Of a stretch of 64,000 nt of DNA, positions 47,047 to 61,127 are shown piece by piece (the stretch's first letter is position 1; every line of letters begins with the position of its first letter). The position numbers and the translations under genes were made by a program. Origin of the DNA: Eledone cirrhosa (Eukaryota). The stretch spans positions 69,874,001 to 69,938,000 of the forward strand of contig OZ024743.1 in NCBI GenBank assembly GCA_964016885.1, in the 5' to 3' direction. The notes below the pieces were generated by a model. The model worked only from the letters and a program-made list of their open reading frames with translations, was not told the DNA's origin and ran no database searches.

Positions 47047-48734
47047 CAGTGGCTACACAATTGTATACAATTGTGAAATGTAAATTATATAGTTATACAG
47101 GTTGGAACTAATAGTTTCATGTTTTACTGAATTTGGAGCATATAATATAATAAAGGTAACAATTTTACATTGATATACGGAATAATTCATTTTTTTAAAA
47201 ATACACTTGAATAAGCAATATAACAATATAATTCTGTTTGGTGTATTTGGAATGTATAAGGCTATCTGTTCTATGCACTCTCGTCTTTTTGCTATATAGG
47301 AAGAAAGAAAATCGATTATTCTTCATTCATGTTAGCTGAAGAAAAGTTTTGATTTTTTTTTTTTTCTAGACTATAGATGATAATGTTACACAAATATTCG
47401 GTTTATAGCCGCCAGATATTTCAAAATATTTTGACAAATATTTTTGATTTGAGAGGACAAAATAAAATAACTTTTGAATAGGTATCCAAGTTCAAGACTT
47501 TTGAAAATAAAATATTTATTTCCTCTGAGAGGCAAAGTTCAGAAGCATTGTTAATCTTGTTTTACCATTTTCTATGATGTAATATATTCTAAACAAGTTT
47601 ATAGTCCTCAACATTGCTATGTTTCAAGAATCAAATGTATGTTGATAAACTTTTGGCGGTACTGAATTGAGTGGGGGGAAATATATGATTATTAAATTGA
47701 ATATATGTATGTGAGTGATTCCTTTTATGTTGTCGTGAGAACATGGTTGTTGTTTAGTTGAAGTGAAGTTAATTTGGGTAAATTAAGTTATACACAGGAA
47801 CACGTGGTAGCATGTTTTAAAACCTGGGCAAAAATTCATTTATACCCATTCAGTTTTGAGACTGACGAAAAATGAACGGAGAAAAATGAAGGCAACTATT
47901 TCGGAAAGTATACGTTTTTAATTCGTCATTCTGAGATGTGAAACGACGTTCAATACTTCGTAGAATTTCTGTTTGCAAATTAAAGCTAAGTCGAATCAGC
48001 AATGTACTGAAATACAAGATTGTTTTCTTACAGAAACATTGTTATAACAAGTTCAAATAAATACATTTTTACGCTACGGGATATCTGTGTGGCGATGATA
48101 CGTTGTGAAGATTTGGACCGAATACAATGTCTGAAGTGTGACGTGTATTTTCTTGTCGTATGGTATATCCACAATAGTTTTTAAAAATCCTTTGAATCGA
48201 AAAAAGAATGAGTATTGACGTACATGGGGAACGAACCATATATTTGGTTTGCTAAGAAGAAACCTTTATAAGCCTACCCGATGACGTTGCTTCCACGACC
48301 GCCCCAAGAAGAATATGAAGAAGAAGCCTTTTTCCGTTTACTGACAGCATTCTCTTAAGCTGCTTTCTATTTCATCCACACGTTCAGTGTTAGAGAGGTT
48401 AATCGAGATTAGTGAGCAAGATTATGGCGTCGTTTTAAATATTATGGATTGCCTCCAGGCTGCTGGATATAAGTCTGAGGGGACAACATGCAGCACTGTC
48501 TAGTCAGGGTCCCCAAAGTCACATGCTGGGCTGTCTTTCCTTTTCTATCGACCGAGATGATGGCCTGTCCCGCCATGTGTTGTGATTAGGGGACGTCCAT
48601 TGCTTTATAGGAACGTCAAAGCCTGTTAGTTTAGATGTGGGGTCCTGGACAAAATCTTGGTTGGCAAATTTGGGCTCATTCCATGATCTTTACTCTTCCT
48701 TCTGATCATGTGTATTAGAAATATGTAAACATGA

Positions 48735-48990
48735 ATGAGACAGAAATATCTGAATATAAGAGAATACTTTGCTGATCTCCCAAAGACGATCACAACAGCA
48801 GATTCTGATGTACATGAGGTGTATCAAGGAGCGATATCTAACCTCTCAGAGGCTGATCACAGAGCAATTAAAGAGCTCAAATGGGGCAAGGCCGCTGGGG
48901 AGGAAGAAATACGGCCCAAGAAATCAAAAGCATTAAATACAGAAGGTGTTCTCCATTTGATTCGTGGGTGCCGGGTAGCCTAGATCCAAT
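48735..48990 (+). mobile_element. Non-LTR (RTE-like) ORF fragment just upstream of the RT domain
   Basis: AIKELKWGKAAGEEEIRP matches the AI..LK.GKA.G.D.I..E motif. Confidence 0.55.
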
Positions 48991-49429
48991 AAAAGGCATT
49001 TGGAGACTGTTTCTTCTGGTAAGACCAGATGGAAGGCGTACTTGAGTACTCTTCTCTACGATTTTCGTAGGAATAAATGAGCAAAGAAGAAGAAGAAGAA
49101 GAAGAAGAAGAAGAAGAAATAGTTACTCTGGTGAAGATTATCAACATGGCTGTATCTGATGTCTAAAACTTACAAGTTTCAATCTGTATACCAGAAATTA
49201 AGGGATCGTATTAGCAAAAACATTTGATCGTCGCATATAACACTATGTGGTATTCATTTCCGCTCTCTTCTCTCAGAGTTCAAATAGAGCTGTAGTAAAC
49301 CATATTTTTTCTCTCTTCAAGGTCGATAACTAGAGTACTAAACTTCTATGAACTTTGATTGGTTTCGGCAGTATTGGTCCAGTTCATGTCTAACTTCTAG
49401 TTTGTAACAAATGTCTCAATCTTTCTCTC

Positions 49430-49728
<299 letters not shown>

Positions 49729-50038
49729 CTGTCTAGCTCTACACCTGAACGCTGAAGTGAACCTAAACATCGAATGCTCACCCGGATGAACCTACAGTAA
49801 CTCCAAGTTACACCTCCCTGGATATATATATATATATCGGTTAAATAATTACCATGTTACCATGTGCCAATGCATATTCAACGAAAAGCCCAAATTTCCG
49901 GCGACCAATGAGAAGCCGCGTCTCAATCCGAACATGGCGAGGACATCACAATCATGTGACATATGCACATACATACATACATACATACATACATACATAC
50001 ATACATACATACATACATACATACATACATACATACAT

Positions 50039-50750
50039 GGTGGCTGCCAACTAGTTTTCGAGTACGGCCACTACTTTATATCCATGTAAGAGAGCCCCTA
50101 CCGATGCGCTGAACGAGTGTGGCTTTTTAGTCCAGCTAGCGACTTGAAAACTCTGGTAGAAACACTACACTTATGACAATTATTGACACCTAGTGCTGAG
50201 CCCATGGTACCATGTGACACAAGGTGTCGTGTGAGATCACTACTCGACCTGCATACCCTTCCACAAATATCACATGGCGTCGTCTGATGAACACTTATAG
50301 TTCCACAGGTACCTGCTTCCCTGTTCTTGTGCACTCTCAGGTGACTCTTTAGACCTGCCATGCTCAGACAAACCCTACTGCAGGTCTCACATGTCAGGCC
50401 GTCTGTCAGTGCCTTCGGGAAGGCCAACATGGATTCCTTTCCGGACATCTCTTTTTAGTGTTGCGTGCCTTCTTCTGGTTTCCTCAAATAGACTCTTGCC
50501 ACTAGCCACTGCTTTCCTCCAATGCGAACTCTCGCTAGCGCATGCTTCCCAATACTCACAGGGGATGTTACTTTTCTAGAGCGCCCCCTTGATGCAGTCT
50601 TAAAACGCATCTTGGGTTTGCTCGCGTTCCTTTTTCCCATTTGGAGCTCGCCATAAAGCAACTGCTTCGGCATTCGCTTGTCATTCATCCTTACAAGATG
50701 GCCTGTCCAGCGCAGCTGATGTTTCAAAATCAAGGACTCGACACTATCAC
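50039..50750 (-). mobile_element. 5'-truncated RTE-clade LINE with three C-terminal C2H2-type fingers and (ATGT)n tail
   Basis: [33 protein letters not shown], then frameshifted CETC..H..H, CDIC..H..H and CSV(S)..H..H. Confidence 0.88.
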
Positions 50751-50810
50751 ATACATACATACATACATACATACATACATACATACATAGACATACATAC
50801 ATACATAGAC

Positions 50811-53800
50811 AGTCAACGCGATTAGTCGCATATTTTGGCGTGGGAGACTATTTATTAAATTTAAGATGAATACTATCTCCGACAGTAATGCCACAACTAC
50901 AGTCATGTTGAATAACTGGTTATTCTTCTAACTATATCTTCTGAAGACACCTTTTATTCGAATTCGTAGAGATATCCGACAAACTACATAATTCATTTTA
51001 CAAGGATTTGCTACAAACGTCATGGCTGAACACAACATCAACAAAAAAATTAAAGAAGTACCGAAGACAAATAACAAGGAACGTAATCAAATGTTATTCA
51101 GTTGTAGCTACAGAAGAAACCGAAATTATAAGTCGCATTTCTCTTGGAGTTGCGAACTTAATAATGATTTATTTAATTGTTATAAAATGGCAAAAAACAA
51201 TCCCTCCATTGGCTATATGAATAGAATGAAGCTACACTGGGACGAATGCATACAGAGTTAAATTATTTCACAGCGAAACAATTACGCCAACAAGCGACGT
51301 TTGTTGAACATAAAAATAAGATAAATATTATTAATTGTAAATCCCCCACAACAAACATGTTATCAACAACACATGCTACAGGTCACCATGCTACTAGACT
51401 TCCTAGCAGCCAGGTCGAACAGCGTCTTGAAACAACTATGCATGTAAGAAACTTGACACCACCTGTGCCATCTAAGTCTACCACGAATGCTGGGGAAAAC
51501 ACTATCGATAATAATAATAATCGAAGAAATTTGACACTACGTGTACCATCCGAGTCTACCTCGACTGTTCTGGAAAATACTATCGATAATGATAATAATC
51601 AAAAGTATAAACAATTGAAAATTTCCCTCAACGAAATCTTCCAGAGAGAAATAAACTCATGTATAAATATCTCTCTTGCTGAACGTATTAAAACGACAAT
51701 GTTTAATAAAAAAACAAATAATGAAATATTACGTGTTATTGACGAAATAGGGGATGAATATTTACGACGGATAAAAACCCCAACACTTTGGCAAATCAAC
51801 GCCTGTTTATATGCCCTAGCAACGACAGTGAAGCATTATCTTGGTGATAGCAGAGATATTAACAAGAACAGAACACCACCAAAAATACCATCATATATAA
51901 CTAAAATAGAAAAAAAGTTTGCTGACCTACGAAAAACATAGGATATGTGACAATGCTCCTTACATGCAAACAAACACAAAAAACCTCACTCCTGAAAGTG
52001 TGAAAAATAAAATAGAGACGATGTTTGGTAACAGTAGAACCAGAACTCTCCAATATACGCTGATCACCCTCAAACAAGAATTGAGAGCTGTTAGCGAAAA
52101 ACGCCGATACCCGAAGAAGGTAGATGAGAGAAAAGTGCTTAATAAAAGATTCAGACGAAACCAAACAACAGTCTATAGAGATATGAGGGGCAAAATAATA
52201 AGTGTCACTGGGGCCCCATCCCAGAAAGAGATAGATAGATTCCTTTTGGAGCAAAATATGGGGTGAAAAGAAAAATATCAACCAAGATGCAGTGTGGCTA
52301 AGAGAAATCCGAAAAAACTATTGCTCCTACACTACAACAAAAACATACGAAATAAGTGAGGGTACCCTTGAGACTCTGATAGGAAAACTCCAAGATAAAA
52401 AAACACCAGGAAGTAACATGATTGTCGGCTACTGGTACAAAAAACTGATATTCTATCGGAGGTATCTTTCTAACCTCTACCAACAAGTTCTTAAGGGAGA
52501 TACACTTATACCAGAATGGTTGACATTAACACAACCATTACTGGTCCCCAAGAACAAAGACACCCACTTGGCAAAAAACTACCGACCCATTGCATGCCAG
52601 AAGCTGATGTATAAGATGTATACAGCCTGCCTGAACCTATTCCTCCAAGATCACTGTGAAAATAATAACATCATCACAGATGAACAAGCAACTGGAAAGA
52701 AAGGGGTTTTGGGGATGTGCTGAACAACTCCTAATCAACAAAACTGCGATGTCGGAGGTGCGACAACTTAGGAGGAATATGACTACAGTCTGGCTGGACT
52801 ACAGGAAAGCTTTCGATTCTGTTCCCAACTCTTGGATGATAGAGGCCCTCCAACTTGCTAAAGTCCCAGACATTATTGTCAGAGCCATAGCGAGGCTGTC
52901 TTCTTCTTGGGCTACTATCCTAAGGTTAAAGACAGAGAGGGAGGACTCTATTTTCATTGATAAAATAAAATATTGCAGGGGTATATTTCAGGGGGACAGG
53001 CTCTCTGTGATATTATTCATCTTCTCATTAAACCACTTGTCCTTTCTGATCAAGAAATGTGAGGGATACATCATTGGCTGACAAGAGGTCAGAAATACGA
53101 ACCTAACCCATCATTTATTTGTGGACGATCTGAAACTCTATGCCAAGAACATGGACGGGATAAAGAAAATTCTTGACCTGGTTACAACGTTCTCAAAGGA
53201 TATAGGAATGGAGTTTGGCTAAGATAAATGCTCATACATGACTGTAAAGCGGGGAAAAACAACAACCAAACAGTGTCATCAATGGCCTAACTGTTTCACC
53301 AATATCTGATGAGGACTGCTACAGATACCTGGGGATAGATGAGAACATATCCTATAATAGTATCTGTAATAAAGAACGCGTAACCAGGGAATACTACACC
53401 CAATTATGAAAGATCTGGTCATCGGAACTTTCTGTGCAAAACAAAACTGTGGCTCACAATGTGTTTGCTGTGCCTGTCCTAACACCAACGTTTGGAATAC
53501 TCAATTGGACGATAGACGAAATCCGAGCAGTTGATGTTGGAACTCGAAAAATACTTAACAACACCGGAAACTTCCACATCAACAGTGACATAGACCGCCT
53601 TTACTTGAAACGTAAGCAGGGAGGCAGAGGCCTAACATCAGTCCAGACAACATTTGAATTTGCATCATATCTCTCCGAAAACATCTACGAAGCTCGAAGC
53701 ATAGGAGCCCGTTTCTCGAGCAAGTCTATCTGCATGAAACAGATAATATCATGAGAGTTGGGAAGGAACTCCTCGAGAGATATTCCCTGTGTGATAATCA

Positions 53801-54890
53801 AAAACTCATATCCAGGGATGTCACTCAGCAGTATCGCAGTGAATCCATGGATGAAAAACTGCATGCTTATCAGCATAAAATCATGCATGGATATGTTGCC
53901 AGGAAGCTCCAGAGTGAGAGTCATATAGATAAGGAAAGTAGTCTATCTTGGACTAACAACCGCTATATTGGCTCCCACTTTGAAGGATACGCTTTTGCAA
54001 TCCAGGAACAGGTGATTAACACGAAATACCTGACTCACAAAAGAGATAAGGATGCAGGCAAAACACCTAGATGTGATAACAAATACAGACTCTGCAGAAC
54101 TAACATCGAGGATATGACCCATGTCATCAGCAGCTGTCCAAAGATGTCATCGTGGTACTATCTACCTATGAGGCATGATGTAGTGGCCAAAACACTACAA
54201 TGCAGTTCGTAAAAAAGATAGCCCCGATTATAAACACATTAAAAGCTACAGCAATGTGGAAGACATCCATTTACATAATATGAAAGGGTATTGGTGGAAT
54301 GCTCCAGTAAAAAATCCAATAAAATGCACGCAGAACAGACCAGATATTATGATATGGGACAGGGAGAAGAAAGCATGTACAGTAGTGGAAATTAGCTGCC
54401 CAGCAGATGCCAATATAATATCAAAGATTAGTGAAAAGGAGAATATTTAAGCAAAACTGATGAGAAATCTGCAGATACTCCACCCTGACTACATCTTCAG
54501 ATTTATGCCTGTGATTATTGGGGCCCTGGGATATGTTAGTAACTGCCTCAATACAAATCTTGAGAAGCTAGGCTTCACAGGAACAGAAAAAACACAACTA
54601 GTTAGGAAATTACAAGTACAATCCATTAATGGAACAGTAAAAGTATGTAAAACATTCCAAAAATGTTGCATCTAATAATTGCATATACACATGTACATAT
54701 GCAGAGCATATACACATGCACACATACACATCCACACTTACAATAACATCCATATCTACACATGCAGGCATACATACATATCTACCTAGTTGATGTTGTG
54801 TAAATTCCAATGAGAGAGTCTTGTGTCTATGTTAGAAACCGACTCTCTCTATATTGGTAAAACTTTGTGAAATTATAAAACCAGAAGAAC
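50811..54890 (+). mobile_element. Near-full-length, decayed R4/Dong-clade non-LTR retrotransposon (RT plus restriction-like endonuclease)
   Basis: N-terminal CYKMA..GYMNRMKLHW; RT motifs NYRPIAC, WLDYRKAFDSVP, RGIFQGDRLS, HLFVDDLKLY; DRLYLKRKQGGRGL; CCHC-like RLC..HVISSC; RHD; RPDIMIWD..VEISCP. Many stops and frameshifts. Confidence 0.9.
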
Positions 54891-54916
54891 ATACATGCAT
54901 ATATACATACATACAT

Positions 54917-55498
54917 GGTGGCTGCCAACTCGTTTTCGAGTACGGCCACTACTTCATATCCATGTAGGAGAACCCCTATCGATGCGCTGAACGAGTGTAA
55001 CTTTTTAGTCCAGCCAGCGACTTGAAAACTCTGGTACAAAAACTACACTTATGACAATTATTGACACATAGTGCTGGGCCCATGGTACCATGTGACGAGA
55101 AGTGCAGAGAGATCTCCAGATATAAAGCAATGCCTGTGCCGTGAAGCTATTATAGTGAGCAAAGCACTGCACAAAGGCAGTCCCACTCTCTTAACCAAGA
55201 TGATATTTACCAAAAAGAAGAACAAGTCAACGTCAGGGTTGCAGGTGTTATATCAGAGTTTTCCTTCTCCTAGAATTCTGCCTTGACAAAGGCTAAGCTG
55301 TCATCTCTCCCGGTGATTTTGGATGGCCATTGACTCTTAAGAGCTCATTTGCCCTTTGACAGGTTTTGTTTATAGTCCTGCAGGATGTCCAAAGTCACCC
55401 TCCTCACCAAGAAACCTTGGTGGGGTTGCCAGTGTAGTCGTCAACGACCCGACCATGGGACAGGTTGTACTGGGATACATGTTACCAGTAGCACCAAC
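54917..55498 (-). mobile_element. Family A RTE-derived element, full length
   Basis: Reverse complement of 38560-39147 with a small internal deletion. Confidence 0.88.
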
Positions 55499-55549
55499 TG
55501 ATGACCATAGATACATACATACATGCATGCATACATATATAAAACACAG

Positions 55550-56358
55550 ACCATAGAGGGTATAAACCAGTCTAAAAGCCTGGCATTGAGTTCCGACAAG
55601 TTCATGTCATCACACCTTGAGGGATATCTCTATGCTGAGATATCTGTATACAAGAACTCCCTACCAAATATATGCTGCACAAAAGAGGAGGGCCATCAGC
55701 TGACAATATATGTAGGCTATGTAAAACAAAGATAGAAGATGTAAGCCACATTGTTGCCAGCTGCGAAAGAATGTCATCTCGCTACTACCTCCCCATGAGA
55801 GACGATGGGATAGCTAGAACCATCTGGAACGCACTTTGGAAAACAAAATTAAAAACAAACGAAGAAGAATATATTGAGACAGATGGCAATAAAGAATACT
55901 GGTGGAACCTGAAAATAAAAACTGCCACCAAATTACAGCACAACCGGCCTGATATTGTTGTTTGGGACCACACATTGAAAACGTGTTCTGTTGTGGAGAT
56001 CAGCTGCCCAATTGATGTAAACGTTGTCAGAAAAATACAGGAGCAGGAGGACATCTACGGACCATTGATGAGGAGTTTACCAATCCAGTATCCAAGATAT
56101 ACCTTTAGCTTCATACCCATCATTATTGGAGCTACGCGTTATATACCAACCCGATTGGACCAATGTATAACTGAACTTGGATTTGCAGACAAAGAGCGCT
56201 GCTCCCTAATTCATAGTCTCCAAATAGCTGCGATAGCTGGGACCTTCAAATTTTGCAAAACATTGTGATTCAAGGGATGATAATTTCTTTTCTTTTACAA
56301 CCTTGCCACCAGGAAGGTGGCCGGTCAAAAATATATTCGAAATTAAGAGAAAAAGATA
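55550..56358 (+). mobile_element. 5'-truncated RLE retrotransposon, second R4/Dong-like subfamily
   Basis: CRLCKTKIEDVSHIVASC, YYLPMRD, RPDIVVWD, VEISCP, FIPIIIGA; a diverged paralog of 53950-54670. Confidence 0.85.
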
Positions 56359-56675
56359 AACATACATACATATAAATACGTATATACATATAAATACATA
56401 CATTCAAAAATATACATAAATGCATTTATATTTCCATACATATATACATACATACGTGCGTACTTATGTAGTTACATATGTGCATACGAAGATACAGATA
56501 CTCTCACACACACAGACATACAGACATTAATTCATACACACATGCATACAAACACATACACAAATACGAACATATATACAAATCCTCGTCAACATGAATG
56601 GACCTGTTATTTTTATCTAAAGACATTTTTTTCCAATTCCACCCGTCCCCTCAATCTAACTTATTTCTCATTCTT

Positions 56676-56711
56676 TCTTCTGATGAAGGACTAACGTCCA
56701 AAACGTTAAGA
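56676..56711 (+). ncRNA. Minimal hammerhead motif, family H1 (G12>A)
   Basis: TCTT-CTGATGA-A-GGAC taac GTCC-AAAA-CGTT-AAGA. Confidence 0.58.
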
Positions 56712-56809
56712 CCCTCTTCCTGCTATATCAAGCATTAAACTAATATATTCCTTCCATATACTGTACCGATTGTGTTGTTATTTCTGTTTACTTTTTACAC
56801 ACACACACA

Positions 56810-57029
<220 letters not shown>

Positions 57030-58112
57030 ATATATGGTCAAAGTGATTGTCAAAAATCAGTAGTAATTCTGTGGTTGCAAATTAGTAGGGGAGATGGTGG
57101 CTAAACCTGCCAGTAGGAGAAAGAGGGGAGGGGGTGGAGTAGACCCAATCAAGCGTTGGTAGTGCCAGCTACAGCTGGGCATGAGGTCAAAGAAGATACA
57201 GGGGAGGGGGAGGGGGAGGAAGTCGGAACGGTAGGTAGAACAATGGGGGGTAGAAATATATAGGAAAGAAAAAATACTGAGAGTGAAGAAAAGCAATTAA
57301 GTGTAAAGAAAAAAGTAAAGTAAATTAAATTCTACGACCTAGGTCTCTAGCTATTGTTAGGCTAGAATAAATAAAGAAAGAAAGAAAGAAAGAAGTAAAG
57401 AAAGAAATAAAGAAATAACGAAATAAGTAAAAGAACTAGGTGGGACGTATTAGGCAAGGACCCTTTTAAGAGGTATAAGTACGTAAATGATACGGTGACG
57501 GGTCAACAAAAGGGGCCAAAATACTAAAGAGACTACCACGAAATAAACAATAAAGGTTTCCATCCCGGGCACAATGCCAGCAACCACCCAGTGCAGCAAA
57601 GTGAACTAGTACGAGATAATAATTCTGAGTCCCGAGAAAAATATATACTAATGCTAACTCTAAAAGATCTAAAACAAGCTACATGAAAGTTCGTACGAAG
57701 CAAAGGTAGAATACGGAAAAATAAATTCAGAATCCACCCCGCCCAAAAGAAAAGCGAAGAAAGAAATACTGAAACGAAAAAATAAGGCATAAGTGCCACT
57801 AAGAAATATAGAGGGCACAGAGAATAGTGGGAGCGGTCGGAAAAAGGGGACAAGTATCCGGGGTCTAAACCAACTGCTATAAAGGGCGGAGTCCGCCAAA
57901 TCTATCATAGACTAGGGGAGGGGGTGGGGGTACTAAGGCTACAAGGGGCCAGAGGGCAGCCTCGGGTGGGCGAGAAAAGACGCCGACAAAGGGTAGAAGG
58001 ACTAAGGAGAGAGGGGGAAGGAAATAAAGGAAGCGATAAAAGAATACAAAGAAGATCTTACGTCTCCCTTGGCAAGCAGGGGTTACCCATTGCAAAATCG
58101 GCAAGTGGGGTG

Positions 58113-59447
58113 TTATAGCCCTAGTCTACCCCCCGGGTCATTATGGGGTTTGAGGGCGAGGTCAGTCCTACGCAATCTATGTTTACATGCAGTAACCAGT
58201 TCATCTTTCTTGTTTAGGAGTTGGTCCGTCGAAAACAGCATTTGTAAAGTTTCCTCCGAGCATAAATTGCACGGACGGCGTCCTCCCGTGTAAGAATTGG
58301 CTCTGGACAGTAATCTCCAAGTGAGATCATAGGTGATGTTGTTGTCCTTGAGGTCCCATATGTGGCCCGAAAGTGTAGTGGCGTGACGCCGGGCCGGGTT
58401 TCGGAAGGTATGTCTATGTTGGTATAGCCGGGTCTTGAAGTCACATGCGGTAAGTCCTATATAGGCTTTGTTGGAGATATCCGTCCTCACGTTGCACTGG
58501 TAGATCACATTACGGTCTCTGCATCTATTCTCGAGTGGGCAAATGGATCTATCCGGACAGTTACACCTCCTGGTCGGTTCTCCACTGCTATTTAGGTTAT
58601 TTCTGCCATCGGGGTTGAGTTTTTTGTTGTTAGAGGTGACGATGTTTTGTGCGAAGTTTGGTGTAGTGCTGTAAGAGAGTTTGATGGTATGTTGGTTAAT
58701 TATGTTGTGGTAGCGGTGTTGTAATGGGAAGTGTTTTTCAATGAGCCTAAAGAATAGTTTCCCGATGGGAGTTGTCACCTCTGCGTTGTGGGGAGGATTG
58801 AACCATGTTACATTGCGTGAGCGGCGGTGTCTCCTGCTGGTTCCGCTAATGGGAGCTGGACTGTAGGATATTTCCTCCCGGAAACCACTCCGCTTGAGGG
58901 CCTGGTTGTAATAAGGCGCATGTTCATCGAATATCCGCTCATTAGCTGACAAACGGGATATGCGGAGGGAGATGTTTTTGACCAGGTTGTTTGTGATGTT
59001 CCTAGGATGGTTTGATCGGCGGTGGATGTAGTGCAGATTGTCATTAGGTTTCCTGTATGGGTAGTACAGGTCGTTTTCGAGGTCGAGGGTCACGTCCAGG
59101 AAGTTTACTCGGGTCAGGGACGTTTGTAGGGTTATTTTAAATCCCCAGTCGCGGAAGAATCTGATTAATTGTTTCCGGACCCGATCTGTACTACTGGGGT
59201 TGTACCCTTTAAGGGTGAGGAGCCCATCATCACGGTACAATCCACCACCAAATGCAGGAAACATATCAGTGAGTTTGGCTATTAGGAGTAATCCTATAAG
59301 ATCTGTGACCTCCGCCGAATCCGTGGCGCCCATGCTGACGTCGAAGGGTGAGTCGGGAGCTCTTTTTATCCATTTAGAGTCGTCAAAGAGTAAGACTGTC
59401 TTCCTGGCGTAGAGGATGATTTTTCTTTCCTGGTCGGTGATGGGCAC
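58113..59447 (-). CDS. Penelope-like RT (C-terminal half) plus GIY-YIG endonuclease, 5'-truncated
   Basis: SMGATDSAE, GLYRDDGL, NFLDVTLDL, SNHP, WFNPP, CNCx5CPLx3C, NVIYQC...AYIGLT...R...H, CNLC..E. 444 codons without a stop, but the N-terminal RT motifs are missing. Confidence 0.9.
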   Translation of the reverse strand: MPITDQERKIILYARKTVLLFDDSKWIKRAPDSPFDVSMGATDSAEVTDLIGLLLIAKLTDMFPAFGGGLYRDDGLLTLKGYNPSSTDRVRKQLIRFFRDWGFKITLQTSLTRVNFLDVTLDLENDLYYPYRKPNDNLHYIHRRSNHPRNITNNLVKNISLRISRLSANERIFDEHAPYYNQALKRSGFREEISYSPAPISGTSRRHRRSRNVTWFNPPHNAEVTTPIGKLFFRLIEKHFPLQHRYHNIINQHTIKLSYSTTPNFAQNIVTSNNKKLNPDGRNNLNSSGEPTRRCNCPDRSICPLENRCRDRNVIYQCNVRTDISNKAYIGLTACDFKTRLYQHRHTFRNPARRHATTLSGHIWDLKDNNITYDLTWRLLSRANSYTGGRRPCNLCSEETLQMLFSTDQLLNKKDELVTACKHRLRRTDLALKPHNDPGGRLGL

Positions 59448-59951
59448 ACGTGTTTAGTATTTTGGCCCCTTTTGTTGACCCGTCACCGTATCATTTACGT
59501 ACTTATACCTCTTAAAAGGGTCCTTGCCTATTTCGTCCCACCTAGTTCTTTTACTTATTTCGTTATTTCTTTATTTCTTTCTTTACTTCTTTCTTTCTTT
59601 ATTTATTTATTTATTCTAGCCTAACAATAGCTAGAGACCTAGGTCGTAGAATTTAATTTACTTTACTTTTTTCTTTACACTTATTTGCTTTTCTTCACTC
59701 TCAGTATTTTTTCTTTCCTATATATTTCTACCCCCCATTGTTCTACCTACCGTTCCGACTTCCTCCCCCTCCCCCTCCCCTGTATCTTCTTTGACCTCAT
59801 GCCCAGCTGTAGCTGGCACTACCAACGCTTGATTGGGTCTACTCCACCCCTTCCCCTCTTTCTCCTACTGGCAGGTTTAGCCACCATGTCCCCTACTAAT
59901 TTGCAACCACAGAATTACTACTGATTTTTGACAATCACTTTGACCATATAT

Positions 59952-60063
59952 GGAATTACCCCTTGAGAAGACCGGCTATTTAAATACCAGGATAAATTTT
60001 CATTTAGTCCAGAATTAGCCGTCGAAACGGCTTGAGCTCAGCTGTCGGGGTCCTACTGGTTCC
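59952..60063 (+). ncRNA. Type I hammerhead ribozyme, U3-A8 core variant, in the inverted pLTR
   Basis: CCCC(59959)-TTGAGAA-GACCGGCTA...TAGCCGTC-GAAA(60024)-CGGC...GCTG-TC|GGGG; predicted cleavage after 60046 (GUC). Confidence 0.8.
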
Positions 60064-60328
60064 TATTACCCACTCTACTACCTCAAGTATTGAGTACTTT
60101 GGTGCGTTATGGTCCACCTGGTTCCTTACCACACTTCCTTCGTTATATATATATATATATATACAGACATACAGACAGACACACACATGCATACATGCAT
60201 ATGGACAGACAGGCACGCACACACGCAACATACATACAACCATACATACGCGCATATAAACACATACATGCATACGAAAATATCTACAAACATTCATATC
60301 TACGTTTATACACACATATATACAATAC

Positions 60329-61127
60329 ATGATGTCAGGCCCCTCGTTATCGAGTATGGCCATTGCACGATATACCATTATTAATAATTATTAATTATGT
60401 TTTGCAGCATAGTTACGTCCCTTTACGGACTGAGTTAACATCCCGCCGAGGTTAACTTTGCCTTTCATCCTTACGGGGTCGATAAAATAAAGTACCAGTA
60501 ATGCACTGGGTAATTGCTGGCCTTGTGCCTAAAGTAGAAACAATTAATTAATTCTATCGTCCAATGCCTTTGCGCGAAGATATTTTTTAAAGTGAGGAAA
60601 GACTGTGCACTTAGCCAATCCCACTCTCTGAGCGACAGTAGCTATAACACCAAAAGAAGAAAAGATCAACATCATCGTTAACTACTGAGCCACAGGTTTT
60701 ATATCGGAGTTATCCCAGTTTCCTGGGTTGCCTTCTCCTAGAAGAATGCCCTGACAAAAGCCTAGGGGTCCTTCACTGCCAGTGGTTTAACCACGCGATC
60801 CCGTGTTCAGCCCGACTATTTCTATGCCCCCGCGCATATACATACATATGTACATGTGTATATACACATATACATACATATGTACATCTGTATATACACA
60901 TATACATATACATACATATGTACATGTGTATATACATATTTACACACTTTGGGATGGCCGTTGACTCTTATGAGTTCTTCCGCCCTTTGTCAGGTTTTGC
61001 TTTTTGTCCTGCAGGGTGTCCAAAATCACCCTCCTCACCAAGTAAACTTGGTGGGGTTGCCGGTTTAGTCGCCGACGACCCACCCGACCATGCGACAGAT
61101 TGTACTAGGTTACATGTTACCAGTGGC
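60329..61127 (-). mobile_element. Family B RTE-related non-autonomous element with a nested SINE
   Basis: The 5' part (60950-61127) resembles the family A 5' end; the body matches 38148-38508; it is interrupted at ~60400-60545. Confidence 0.72.
60400..60545 (+). mobile_element. tRNA-derived SINE fragment nested in family B
   Basis: CCGCCGAGGTTAACTTTGCCTTTCATCCTTACGGGGTCGATAAAATAAAGTACCAG...GGCCTTGTGCCTAAAGTAGAAA; absent from the 38-kb family B copy. Confidence 0.75.

Noticed and set aside
50098-50448. Host C2H2 zinc-finger gene
   Set aside because: Contiguous with RTE ORF motifs and the element's 3' tail.
57057-57296. Duplicated 79-aa ORF (also 59685-59924)
   Set aside because: Arises from the inverted pLTR duplication; no recognisable domain.
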